DNA of 64,000 bases, from the NCBI GenBank assembly GCA_051313645.2, contig JBNRSN020000007.1, positions 49,600,001-49,664,000 on the forward strand, in the 5' to 3' direction. Source of the stretch: Centroscyllium fabricii. Taxonomy: Eukaryota. The notes beneath the pieces were generated by a model. It did not search any database, was not told where the DNA came from, and was given only the letters and a program-made list of their open reading frames with translations. Shown here piece after piece: positions 38,396 to 49,473 of the stretch. Position numbers and translations under genes: made by a program. Positions within the stretch are counted from its first letter, which is position 1. Each line of letters starts with the position of its first letter.

Positions 38396-40514
38396 AAAAA
38401 AAAGATTCAAACACTGACATCTTCAGTGTCTAAAGTCACAAAATAGATGTTTTTTAAAAAAGTGTTATTTGGTCAACAATTGTTTTTATTAAAGTTAGGT
38501 TTGGCACAGCTGCTCATGTCTGCATGAAATATTTAGTATCTATTTAGTTGATTGAACATTAATTTTTAATTATAAAAATTAGTCTGTCCCATTTGACTGT
38601 AGAACTATACTCATGTGCTTTAACTCACAGCTCTAGAAAATCCTCCTTTGAATTTCTTTTAGGTGCTCCAAATGTGGCCAATCTCATCCCTCTGCCTAAA
38701 AATAGCTTTAATTTTCACACATCCACTGAAAGACTGCATCATTTTGCGACTGTGATTTCCAAATCACAAAAATGTAGCACTTAATACATTACACACATAT
38801 ACGGTAGCATACAATGAAACACCAATAACCACTGAATTCAAATCTGCGTATTATTTCAGGATTAAAAATAGTAAAGATTGTAAAGCATTACACATTTTAT
38901 TCTAATGTGAATGTCTGCATCATCTGCAATATAATTGCACATCTCAAATTTACATGTGAATCTGCAGGCCTACATTTGCTCACAGCAACATTAAAGTGGT
39001 GTCTGAATAAACCACAAATGAGGTTAATAGGGTGGGAAGACTGGATTTCTTCAACCGTTTCCAACAACATTTAACATTTTCCAGAAATCTCAGAATCGCT
39101 CTGATTTTAATTTTCCTATTGGTTTCATTGAATTTTCTAAGTTCTGGTTAAAAATATTAGTACTTAAAAGTCTTCTGGCTGCATGCAGCTGAGTTTACAA
39201 GTTGCAATAATGCTGGGTATGCATGCAGTTGGTACAAGTATTCATTCAGCGCTTTCTACTATACTGGTTACTTTTGCTCTCAACTAAATCATGTTAGTTA
39301 TAGAAGTTACCAGATTTATTGAACTCCGTTGCACAACTTGTCCTGATGGGATTTGAAAGACCTCCAAGTTGTTAGTCTATTACCATAACCACTCGGCTAC
39401 TATACCCGACACAATCAATTCCACCACCTCCAGGGCTCTGGAATGCTCACAAAACTCCAATGTGAGCCAACGCACCCTGCACCCTCCCACATACACTCCA
39501 ACAAATTCCCGCATACATATCTCCATGCTCTGCATCATGCTAGTTTCCACATCAAAGACAACACAGGAAGTTATAGAGCCTGCAAACAAGACCTAGGCAG
39601 GCCGATAGTAGAGCAGAAGTGGCAAGCACTACAGAAGTAGACCCTCACAGCTACTACCTGCAGTAGAATATACAAATCCCTTATGCTTATACTTCCATAA
39701 ACTAAAAATAATTGTTATTAATACAGCATTTTACCTGTAGCCTAGAAGCCCAACTCCTCCATTATCTATTAACATACGTATAGTTTGGAGATAAAGTGCA
39801 ACTCAAATGTAAACTCAATTATTCAAGATTTAAATTGATCAGTGGTTTATTGAAATATAAAAGAGAGAGCAGAGTGTAGAACCCACCCACCTCACAAATT
39901 TACTCCCATCTGGGGGGCAGGGGAGGGAGGCGAACGACAACGAATGATGGTTGTTGAGCATTCTGCTGCTCACGTTCCGATCTTGCCCCTTCATTTAGCG
40001 CTTCTGTGTAGCAATCCAGAAAGCCAGGGAGAACAGGACAATCCTCAAAATCCAAGCCCATGCCTATCCTATATGGAGCAATTTTCCCCTCGCCTGGCCA
40101 CCATACAAGCTAGCGCAAATGACACCGACTGCAAGACGATATACCTCCTACCCCCAGCCCAATTGTAGTAAAGCACAATCTTATCCATAAAATGGGGGCG
40201 AAACATATGTGAGGCATATAACCATACGATACAGGGACTTCAAATGGATTTTTAGAAAATACCAGGCTGTCCTGAATCCATTTTTGGAAGTCATAGTATG
40301 TAGACCCCCTCCCGCGAGTGAAGTCATAAATTAACAGCCCCCCACCCCCGCAAACCACCAGCCCACAAACGCATGCAACTACCATGCAACAAACTGTTTA
40401 CTGATTTCATAAATATACGTACTCTTAATACATATATATTTTCCTTGAGAAGAGTGCATATGCAGTATTCCTGGAGTTGACAGCAACCAAAAAGGGGCGA
40501 GTTTGTTGGCTCAA

Positions 40515-41325
40515 AGGAGTATAATGTGGGAAAATGTGAAATTGTCCATTTTGGCAGGAAGAATAAAAAGAGCATATTATCTAAATGGAGAGAGATTGCA
40601 GAGCTCAGATGCAGAGGGATCTGGGTGTGCTAATGCATGAATCACAAAAGGTGGTTAAGTATGCAGGTACAGGTACAGCAAGTAAGTAGGAAAGCTAATA
40701 GAATGTTATAGTTTATTGCGAGGGGAATTGAATACAAAAGTAGGGAGGTTATGCCGGGCATTGGCGAGACCACATCTGGAGTACTGTGTACAGTATTGGT
40801 CTCCTTATTTAAGGAAGGATGTAAATGCGTTGGAAGCAGTTCAGAGAAGGTTTACTAGACTAATACCTGGAATGGGCGGGTTGTCTTATGAGGAAAGGTT
40901 GGACAGGCTCGGCTTGTATCCACTGGAGTTTAGAAAAGTGAGAGGTGACTTGATTGAAACAGAAGATCCTGAGGGGTCTGGACAGGGTGGATGTGGAGAG
41001 GATGTTTCCTCTTATGGGGGAATCTAGAACGAGGGGTCACTGTTTAAAAATAAGAGGTCGCCCATTTAAGGCAGAGATGAGGAGAAATATTTTCTCAGAG
41101 GGTTGCGAGTCTTTGGAACTCTTCCTCAGAGGGCGGTGGAAGCAGAGTCTTTGAATATTTTTAAGGCAGAGGTAGATAGATTCTTGATAAGCAAGGCGGT
41201 GAAAGGTTATCGGGGGTAGGCGGGAATGTGGAGTAATCGGATCAGCCATGATCTTATTGAATGGCAGAGCAGGCTCGAGGGGCCGAGTGGCCTACTCCTA
41301 CTCCTAATCCGTATGTTTGCATGCA
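40515..41325 (+). mobile_element. CR1 LINE 3' fragment
   Basis: RPHLEYCVQYWSPYLRKDVNALEAVQRRFTRLIPG plus the CR1 3' UTR. Confidence 0.9.
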
Positions 41326-42163
41326 ATTACTTTTTCCTAAAATTATGTTCCTAGGATAAAATACACCAGTTATTAGAAATATAGGTTTAATAGATTGCGT
41401 TAACACCCGCGCATCTCGCTAAAAACTTCATCTCAATTAGCAACTAATACCTTGATTTTCAATCTACCCTTCCTTATAGAAAGCTCATTTAATATTCCAA
41501 CATTTGTAAATGTATACGAGATTGTTTAAGCTTAAACACATCAGCCAAGTCCCATCCCTTCCACATCGAAATTACTACACAACCCATAATTGAAACACTG
41601 ATCGCGAGTCCCTCTTCTAAATAATTAACTGAAGTTGGCCAATTCTACAGGCATAGTTACCTTTGGATTTGCAAACAGATCTAATCACAAGCTGGAACAA
41701 ACTGAATGCATGAACAAACTGAATGCAGAAATATTCTACTGTGGTCTGCTTAAATTTTGAACCACAAAACTTCGCCAGGTACTTAGAGAGAGGTGACATT
41801 ATGGATAAAATTCCATTTAACATGACCAAGTAACACTAGGCATTGGACAACCTCGGACGTCTTTAGTTTGGAATATTAAAATTCCACTTAATATTTTGAA
41901 CCAGGTATAGTTGCAAACAAAGATTTGGGACCCAGTATTTTCGCAAAATTCTGTTTATTGCATAAATTGCGAAAATGAAAATGCTTGAAACCATTTAAAA
42001 TGTTTTACAAACAGAATCCAAAGCTTATAGTACAAAAAAAATCTGAATAAAGCAGCAAACGTTAGCAACAATGGGTTTAACTGTTTGAAGAAATGTTTGT
42101 GACTACACAAATGCATTTCTCGTATGCAAGTCTTTGTAAAGTTCACACTGTAGAAATTATTAC

Positions 42164-42239
42164 CTATTCTCAGGATCATCATCATAGTCATCACTGGCAC
42201 ACTGGGGGACAGTTTTTGATTTACCCTCTGCCTCATCAC
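42164..42239 (-). CDS. ATRX: ATRX exon (exon 10 equivalent)
   Basis: 76 bp, phase 1-2; (G)DEAEGKSKTVPQCASDDYDDDPEN(R). Confidence 0.94.
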
Positions 42240-42347
42240 CTGTAAAGACACAAAACGAAATTTGAGTTATGAGTCCCTACAAAATGATTGTTCATTTATT
42301 AGTGCTTTCATTAACTTTTATAATACTTCTAAGCAGTCATAATTGTA

Positions 42348-42995
42348 CAGGTTGAGCACCATTAATCCGGCACGGGCGGGACCAGGCCCGTGCCAGGAAA
42401 GTGAAAATCCCGAATGATTGAAACTTCGGCAAGCACATGCGCAGACCATTTAAAATGGCAGCCGCGAAAGGCCAGCGGCCATTTGGAGTGGTCTGCGCAT
42501 GCGCTTATCGTTCGGTAAGGCCCAGCTCAGGGAGGCTCGGTAAGGCCCGGCCCGGCTCGGGGAGCCCCAGCCCGGGAAGGCCTGATAAGGCTTGGACCGG
42601 CTCAGTAAGTCGAGGCGAGGCCCGGCTCGGGAAGCCACAGCCCAGCTTGGTAAGGCTCGGGAAGGCTTGGTACGGCGAGGCAGGGCCTGGCTCAGGAAGC
42701 CCCGGCCCGGCTCGGTAAGGAGAGGCTTGGCTCGGGAAGCCACGGCCCGGCTCGGTAAAGCGAGGCTCGGCCCGGGATCGTTCGGCAGCGAATGCGCAGA
42801 TCATTAAAAACTTTGCGCCGGCCAGTGTGAACTATCTGCGCATGCGCTCACCATTCGGCGGCGCATGCGCAGATCATTCACTGAAACATCAATCGTGGTG
42901 GCCATTTTGCGCATGCGCAGGGTAGTTGGGGCAATTTGTTCCGGAAGACTGAAGCTGCCGGCTTATCGGCTAACGGATTAATGGTGCACAACCTG
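42348..42995 (+). mobile_element. pogo/Tigger-like MITE (family A, copy 4) with degenerate GGCCCGGCTCGG(T/G)AA array
   Basis: TA-CAGGTTGAGCACCATTAATCCG ... CGGATTAATGGTGCACAACCTG-TA. Confidence 0.92.
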
Positions 42996-43217
42996 TATAG
43001 CCAAGTAAACAAAATCATAAAACATGGCTGAAAACTACTATTCCAACAATCTTAAAATAGAGCTAAATGCCTCAACTTTTCACATTTTATATGCTCTAAT
43101 AGAGCTGTCAGAATTAGGGAATCCATTCCCTAATCCAAGCAATTTTGTCCCCCTTCACCTTGTGAAGTCAAAAAGAGTGTCATCTAGCACTTGAGCAATG
43201 GGATACGGCAGCATATA

Positions 43218-43882
43218 CAGGTTGTGCACCGAAAATCCGTGTCCCGAAAAGCCGGCAGCTTCAGTCTGCCGGCACAAATTGCCCCAACTGCACTGCGCAT
43301 GCGCAAGATGGCAGCCGCCATCGTGGCTTCGGCGAATGATCTGCGCATGCGCCGATCATTCAAAACGGCTGCCGGGTGTTTTGAATGATCTGCGCATGCG
43401 TCGCCTGACGGCCAGCGCATGCGCAGATAATTCAATACGGCCGCCGGTTATTTTCTCGACAGCTGAGCCCCGTGACTGAGGCGGACAGTCACTAGGCAAC
43501 AGCTGTCAGCCTGAGTCCGGCTCGGCGGCAGCAGCAGCAGCAACCCGAAAGGCGATGGAGGGGGAAGGCGGACCTACTGGGCCCGACCCGCGCCCGCACA
43601 ACCCTCCTTCCCCCCCCCTGCAAGATCGGCCTTTCACTGCTGCCCGACAGCCCTAAAAGGCAAAAGGAACGCCACACAAGCCTGAGCCCCTCAAAAAACT
43701 TTGCGGCGGCCATTATTGGTTGATCTGCGCATGCGCGCGCCAGCCAACCCCAATGTTGTGCGCATGCGCGCGGCCATTTTGAATGGTGCGCATGCGCAGT
43801 GTCCAACTTCGTTCTCCCGGTTTTTTCAGTTTCCCGGCACGGGCCTGGTCCCGCCCGTGGCGGATTAATTGTGCACAACCTG
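43218..43882 (-). mobile_element. pogo/Tigger-like MITE (family A, copy 5)
   Basis: Near reverse complement of copy 2 with about 145 extra internal bases; TA on both flanks. Confidence 0.92.
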
Positions 43883-44207
43883 TACAATGGAAAATACAAC
43901 TGGAATGTGCTCAGCCCATACACATTCAAAATATCAAAACTAGTCGGGTGCCAGTAAAGCCATTCTGCATCAAATCATTTTATTTAAGTTTACATTCATG
44001 TGTGAGATTAGTGGAAGGATTGTAATCAGGATTTTATTGCAAAAAAGGAAAATAAAACACATTTAACATATTTCTGGCAACCTTTAATTTGAAAGCAGAG
44101 TTAGATTGACAAATGCTGAAGCTATGGCAAGTTTGAAGAACCACCCTGAAGTTGCCACATTTTTATATGTAATATAAAGTTGAACAGGAAACTTACTTGT
44201 GGAATAG

Positions 44208-44304
44208 TTAATTAATAGTGATGAGTCAGTTGTACACATTAATTAATAGTGATGAGTCAGTTGTACACATTAATTAATAGTGATGAGTCAGTTGTACACA
44301 TTAA
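44208..44304. repeat. 31-bp perfect tandem repeat x3
   Basis: (TTAATTAATAGTGATGAGTCAGTTGTACACA)3 followed by TTAA. Confidence 0.97.
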
Positions 44305-44539
44305 CTATACAAAATGTCACTGGACCAACACTTCCAGTCATACGAGGGTAGAGTTCTAGACAAAGAGGTTATACCCAGACAGGATCAAATCCAACAACTA
44401 ACAAAAATGACCAACGGATTAATTGGTTAACTCTACTGGGTGGTAATGAGACTGACGTAGATTAAAAATTGAATTATTTTTTTTAGGACACCCAACATGG
44501 CTTCACAAAAAGTTAATGTCTTAGAAGTTTGATTATGTT

Positions 44540-45291
44540 GGCCCAGAAATTCGGTTCGGGGGTTTCCCGCAGGTGCAAGCCTCCGACCTACACTTACCTA
44601 GCGCGCCGACCGTTGAGCTGTGGGCCCGGGTGGGATTCCGATCCCGGGCCTCCTCCAGCTGCCGGCGCGCTGTGCTTGCGTATCCCAGGGGCGCAATTAG
44701 TTCGAAGCGTCCCCATGGATCACGTGGGCCGTGGAGAGCCAATGGTAGCAGGGAATGCCCATTCATAAAATTGACAGGAAGAGCTGTCAAAACTATAAAT
44801 GCTATAAGCCCCAAAACAAAATTCAAATAAATATTTTTTTTTTAAATCACCTTTTTAAAATAACTATAAATTACATAAAATAACTTAAATAATTGACATT
44901 TTTGAAAAAATTAATTAATTTTCTAATGGGGCTAAAAATAAACATACAGTACCTTTCTTTAAAGTATTTAAAAATAAACATGTGGAAAAAATGTTTTAAT
45001 TTTAATTAATTCACCACTTACCTTGTTAAAAGCAGGCCTTGTGACTGCTTTTTAAAAGTGTAACTGCTGGAGACTTACCCTCCCAGAGAAACCTACAAAA
45101 AAAATGTAAGTTCCAGGCGCACTCGCTGCCTCTCCGGCACACGCGTTCGACCTCTGAACCCCTTCCTTTAAGGGAACGGAAGTTCCGGTTTCCCGCGCAT
45201 GCTCAGTGCATGTTCAAAACCGGCACATTCATTGGGCCTACGGGCGAGTACCCCGTGCGTACTCACCCGTGGAGACCCGAATTTCTGGGCC
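44540..45291. mobile_element. MITE with 15-bp TIR, PIF/Harbinger-like
   Basis: GGCCCAGAAATTCGG ... CCGAATTTCTGGGCC perfect inverted termini; GC-rich arms around an AT-rich core; flanks GTT and ATT. Confidence 0.8.
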
Positions 45292-45882
45292 ATTATTTGA
45301 AGCGGTCACCAAGATGGTGGAGGAGGGAAGCCCAGTAGACAATGGCTACACAAGACTTTCAAAAAGCATTTGACAAGGTACCACACAAGAGGCTTCTTTA
45401 CAAGATCGAAGCCTCTGGTATTCGTGGTAATATATTGAGCTAGATTGAGAACTGGCTGGAAAGCTGTAGACAGGAAGTAGTTATAGATGGATTTGGATCT
45501 GTTTGGAGACCAGTCACTAGTTAGTGGTGTTCCGCAGGGATCGGTGATATTTACTATTCTGATAAATGATCTAGATGTAGGTATTGGGTGCATGATCTGC
45601 AAATGATACTAAGATTTCTGAGAGTGTTAGGACTATAGACGATGTTCAATGGTTTCAGGCAGATCTTGATGTGTTGAGGGACTGGGCTTGGGACTAGAAA
45701 GTTATGTTTAATTTGTAAAAGTGCTGTGTTATGCAGGTGGGTAGGGTGAATGCAGAACACACATACAGCCTTCAGGGAACAGCATTAAAGCAGGTGAAGT
45801 AAAAACAAATCTGCCAGTCTCGTGGTTCATGAGCAATGCAGTGAAGTGATGGCGAGAACAAATAGGGTGTTGGGCACATTTA

Positions 45883-47151
45883 AGAATATTACATAAATAG
45901 GAGCAGGAATTTGGCCCTTTGCGTCTGCTTTGCCATTTAATAAGATCATGGCTGATCTTCTACCTCATTTCACTTTCCTGCACTATCCCCATATCCCTCG
46001 ATTCCCTTAATATTCAAAATTCGATCGATCTCTGTCTTGAACGACAGAGCCTCCACAGCCCTCTGGGGTAGAGAATTACAAAGATTCACCACCCTCTGAG
46101 TAAAGACATTTCTCCTCATCTCAGTCCTAAATGGCCGACCCCTCATTCTGAGACTGTGACCCCTGCTTCTAGACTCCCCAGCCAGGGGAAACATTCTCTC
46201 TGCAACTATCCGGTCAAGCCCTGTAAGAAACTTGTATGTTTCAATGAGATCACCTCACCTTGTTCTAAACTCCAGAGAATATAGGCCTAGTCTAATCAAT
46301 AATTGCAGTAAGATGTCTTTACTCCTGTACTCAAATCCTCTTGTATTAAAGGCCAACATATCATTTACTTTCCTAATTGCTTGCTGTACCTGCAGGTTAA
46401 CTTTCAGTGATTCGTGTACAAGGACACCCAGGTCCCTCTGAACACCAACATTTCACAATCTTTCACCATTTAAAAAATACTCTGCTTTTCTATTTTTCCT
46501 ACCAAAGTGGATAACCTCCCATTTCTCCACATTATATTCCATTTGCCATGTTCTTGCCCACTCGCTTAGCCTGTCTATATCCCCTTGAAGCCTCCTCAGA
46601 ACTTACATTCCCACCCAGTTTTATACCATCAGCAAACTTGGATATACAGGTTGAGCCCCGTTATACCGGCACAGGCGGGACTAGGCCCACACCGGTAGAG
46701 CGAAAAAACCGGTAGAATGAAGTCGGCCAGTGCGCATCATTCAAAATGGCCGCGCACATGCGCACAACATTGGAAATGGCCGCTGAACGTCCTTGCTGTC
46801 TCAGCTGCGGTTTCTGCCTCCCGTTGATGACGGTCTGCAGGCTGCTCCGGGGAACCGCACGCTTCACCACGGCGGGCGCTCGGGACCCACACATTCAAAA
46901 CGCGGCGCGTCCTGACGTCATGGAAGGCCCGGCTCGTCCGGCGGCCATTTTGAATGATCTGCGCATGTGCAGATCATTCGCCGAAGCATCGATCGCGGCG
47001 GCCATTTTGCTCATGCGCGGGGCAGTCGGGCGATTTATACCGGACGACTGAAGTTGCCGGCGTTTTGGGTAATGGATTAACGGTGCTCAACCTGTATTAC
47101 ATTCGGTCTCCTCATCCAAATCATTGACATAGATTGTGAATAGCTGAGGCC
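45883..47151 (-). mobile_element. Nested CR1 fragment, itself interrupted by a MITE
   Basis: Minus-strand KFADD-like region, MRRNVFTQRVVNL and CR1 3' UTR; CATTTA present at both junctions. Confidence 0.8.
46647..47094 (+). mobile_element. pogo/Tigger-like MITE (family A, copy 6)
   Basis: TA-CAGGTTGAGCCCCGTTATACCG ... GGATTAACGGTGCTCAACCTG-TA, inserted into CR1 RT sequence. Confidence 0.9.
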
Positions 47152-47984
47152 CATTTATAGGACAATTGACTAAAGAGCCAAGCATACTATTTTGTCCTTA
47201 TACAAGACCATAGTCAGGCACCAGTTTAAAAAAAAACTGCTCAATTTTTGTCTCCAAACATGGTGGGTGAGAGGCGCTTTGGAAAGGGTGCAGAGGAGGG
47301 CCACTAAACTAATTGCCAGTTTAAAGCATCATAGTTATCAAGATAGGCTAAAAGAGCTGGAACTTTACTTTACAGAAGCGTAGGCTTAGGGGTGAACTGT
47401 TTGAAGTTATAAAGATTCAAGCTGACAGTTTGTTCCAATTAAATAGATCAGGGAGGACCAGGGCTCACAATGTTAAGTTGTAACAGACATCAGTTAGCGA
47501 TCAGGGGGTACTTCTTTTCCCCCCAGATAAAAGTGGACCTCTAACAGGCTGCTGCCTCGTGCGGTGGATGTCAATGTGTTGAATTCCTTCAAGCAAGAGC
47601 TAGACCGGTTTCTGGCTAGGGCAAAAATGACCTCTTGCAAACGATAGGTACTGCATAGAATTCTCAGGGCCAGATTGATCTCCTGGATTAACTTTGATCA
47701 CCATTCATTGGGGGCTGGAGAGGAATTTCCCCATATTTCAACCACCCCCAAAATTAGCTTGGAATTTTAGCTGCTTTTCTGGCTCTCAGATCACATGAGG
47801 TTTGGGTGGGGTGAGGTGGAGTGTGTATATATTGTGATACAATCGTGAGAGACAGGCTGGCTGGACCACAGGGTCTTTTCCTGTTCAGCAAATTTCTTGT
47901 TTGCAAAAAGATGACCGAACCAGCAGTAGCATGCAATTATTTTCCTTTAGATGTAGAACAGGATAGGATAATACTCTCCTGGTA

Positions 47985-48322
47985 CAGGAAACTCTTTTAT
48001 CCGGCACCGATGGGACCGGCATGGTGCCGGTTTATCAAAAAATCCAGATTACAGAGAGGTATAGTTAAAAGGTCCGAGAGCCCACGTACACGGCAACAAA
48101 TCCAGGCTTCCCTGTTGCTTAGCAACAGGTGCAAGAACCATGGCCACAAATTCAGGCTTCCCTGTTGCTTAGCAACAGGTGCAGGAACCCCAGTTACACA
48201 GCCACACATGCAGGAACAACCACTAATATGAAGTGAAACGTAACGTACCTGAACCTACTCCTGAATTTTTCCGGTTAACAGATTTCCGGTTATTTAGGTG
48301 CCGGTAATTCGAGAGTTTCCTG
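47985..48322. mobile_element. pogo/Tigger-like MITE (family B)
   Basis: TA-CAGGAAACTCT ... AGAGTTTCCTG-TA; internal duplicated palindrome CCTGTTGCTTAGCAACAGG. Confidence 0.82.
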
Positions 48323-48984
48323 TACTACAACAATGCCCACCACACTATTTAAATGCCTTGAAATGAAAAAAATACCTACCCCTAAACTGCTGAAATATAT
48401 CGACATTTAGCAGAGCAAATGAAGCTCTACTGTAAACAGTGTTTTAGGATTGGTGCGACTGTCAAGCCAATGCAGAAATGATATTCAATGTAATCAAAAT
48501 TTGGAGATGATACCATCTTCAAAGAAACCACTTAAAACTTCCAAGGGGAGAAGATCCTTAAAATTCCAGGTTACGCCAGCATTGAGCAGTTTTGTTAATC
48601 CATTGGTTTCAGGAGAAATAGTATTCCACAAGCGGAGATTACATATTTAGCAAAGACCATTTTTGAAAAAGTTTGCAAAGAGGAGTTGAAGAAAGATGCA
48701 TTCATCTCAGCTATACGTACTGCAAATTATCAAATGAGACATGTTTCTGCTAAGGTGAATCATTAGATTTGTAAATAAATCTTTGGTTCAGCATTGTGAA
48801 TATTTTCCACTTTCCAACAGACAGGAAATGTAATAGTACCCCACATGTTCTTCAGTCAACAATTTAGCACAATAGAGGTCAATAGTTAGGCCTGGGCTGT
48901 GCTAAAAGACACCAATTTCAGTTTGTAAGAGGTTATGATCTACTTAAGGAGAAAGGTGTTTGAAAAGGCCCAAACAGCAAAACA

Positions 48985-49405
48985 TACTCGCTGGAGTTTA
49001 GAAGAATGAGAGGGGATCTCATCGAAACTTATAAAATTCTGACAGGTCTGGACAAACTAGATGCAGGAAGAATGTTCCCGATGGTCTGAGAGTCCAGAAC
49101 CAGGGGGCACAGTCCAAGGATAAAGGGCAGGTCATTCAGGACAGAGATGAGGAAGAATTTCTTCACCCAGAGAGTGGTGAACCTGTGGAATTCTCAGCCA
49201 CAGAATGTAGTTGAGGCCAAGTCATTAAATATATTCAAGAAGGAGTTAGATATAGTTCTTAGAGCTAAAGGGATCAAGGGATATGGGGAGAAGGCAGGTA
49301 CGGGGTACGGAGTTTGGATGATCAGCCATGATCTCATCGAATGGCGGAGCAGGCTCGAGGGGCCAATGGCCTACTCCTGCTCCTATCTTCTATGTCTATG
49401 TTTCT
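48985..49405 (+). mobile_element. CR1 LINE 3' fragment
   Basis: MRKNFFTQRVVNLWNS plus a (CTATGT/TTCTATG) tail ending about 70 bp from the exon 9 donor. Confidence 0.9.
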
Positions 49406-49473
49406 ATACCATTCTTTGAAAACATAAAACTACACAAATGCAAGAACAATAATCACAATAAAAGTACACCAAC

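Larger units (their letters stand above)
45300..47650 (+). mobile_element. Old CR1-like LINE hosting nested insertions
   Basis: DFQKAFDKVPHKRL and GVPQGS-like remnants up to ~45880; resumes at ~47155 with LYKTIVR...LERVQRRATKLI. Confidence 0.75.

Noticed and set aside
44219-44300. Box C motif (GTGATGA) suggesting a C/D snoRNA
   Set aside because: Part of the 31-bp tandem unit; no box D or terminal stem, and on the strand opposite to the host transcript.
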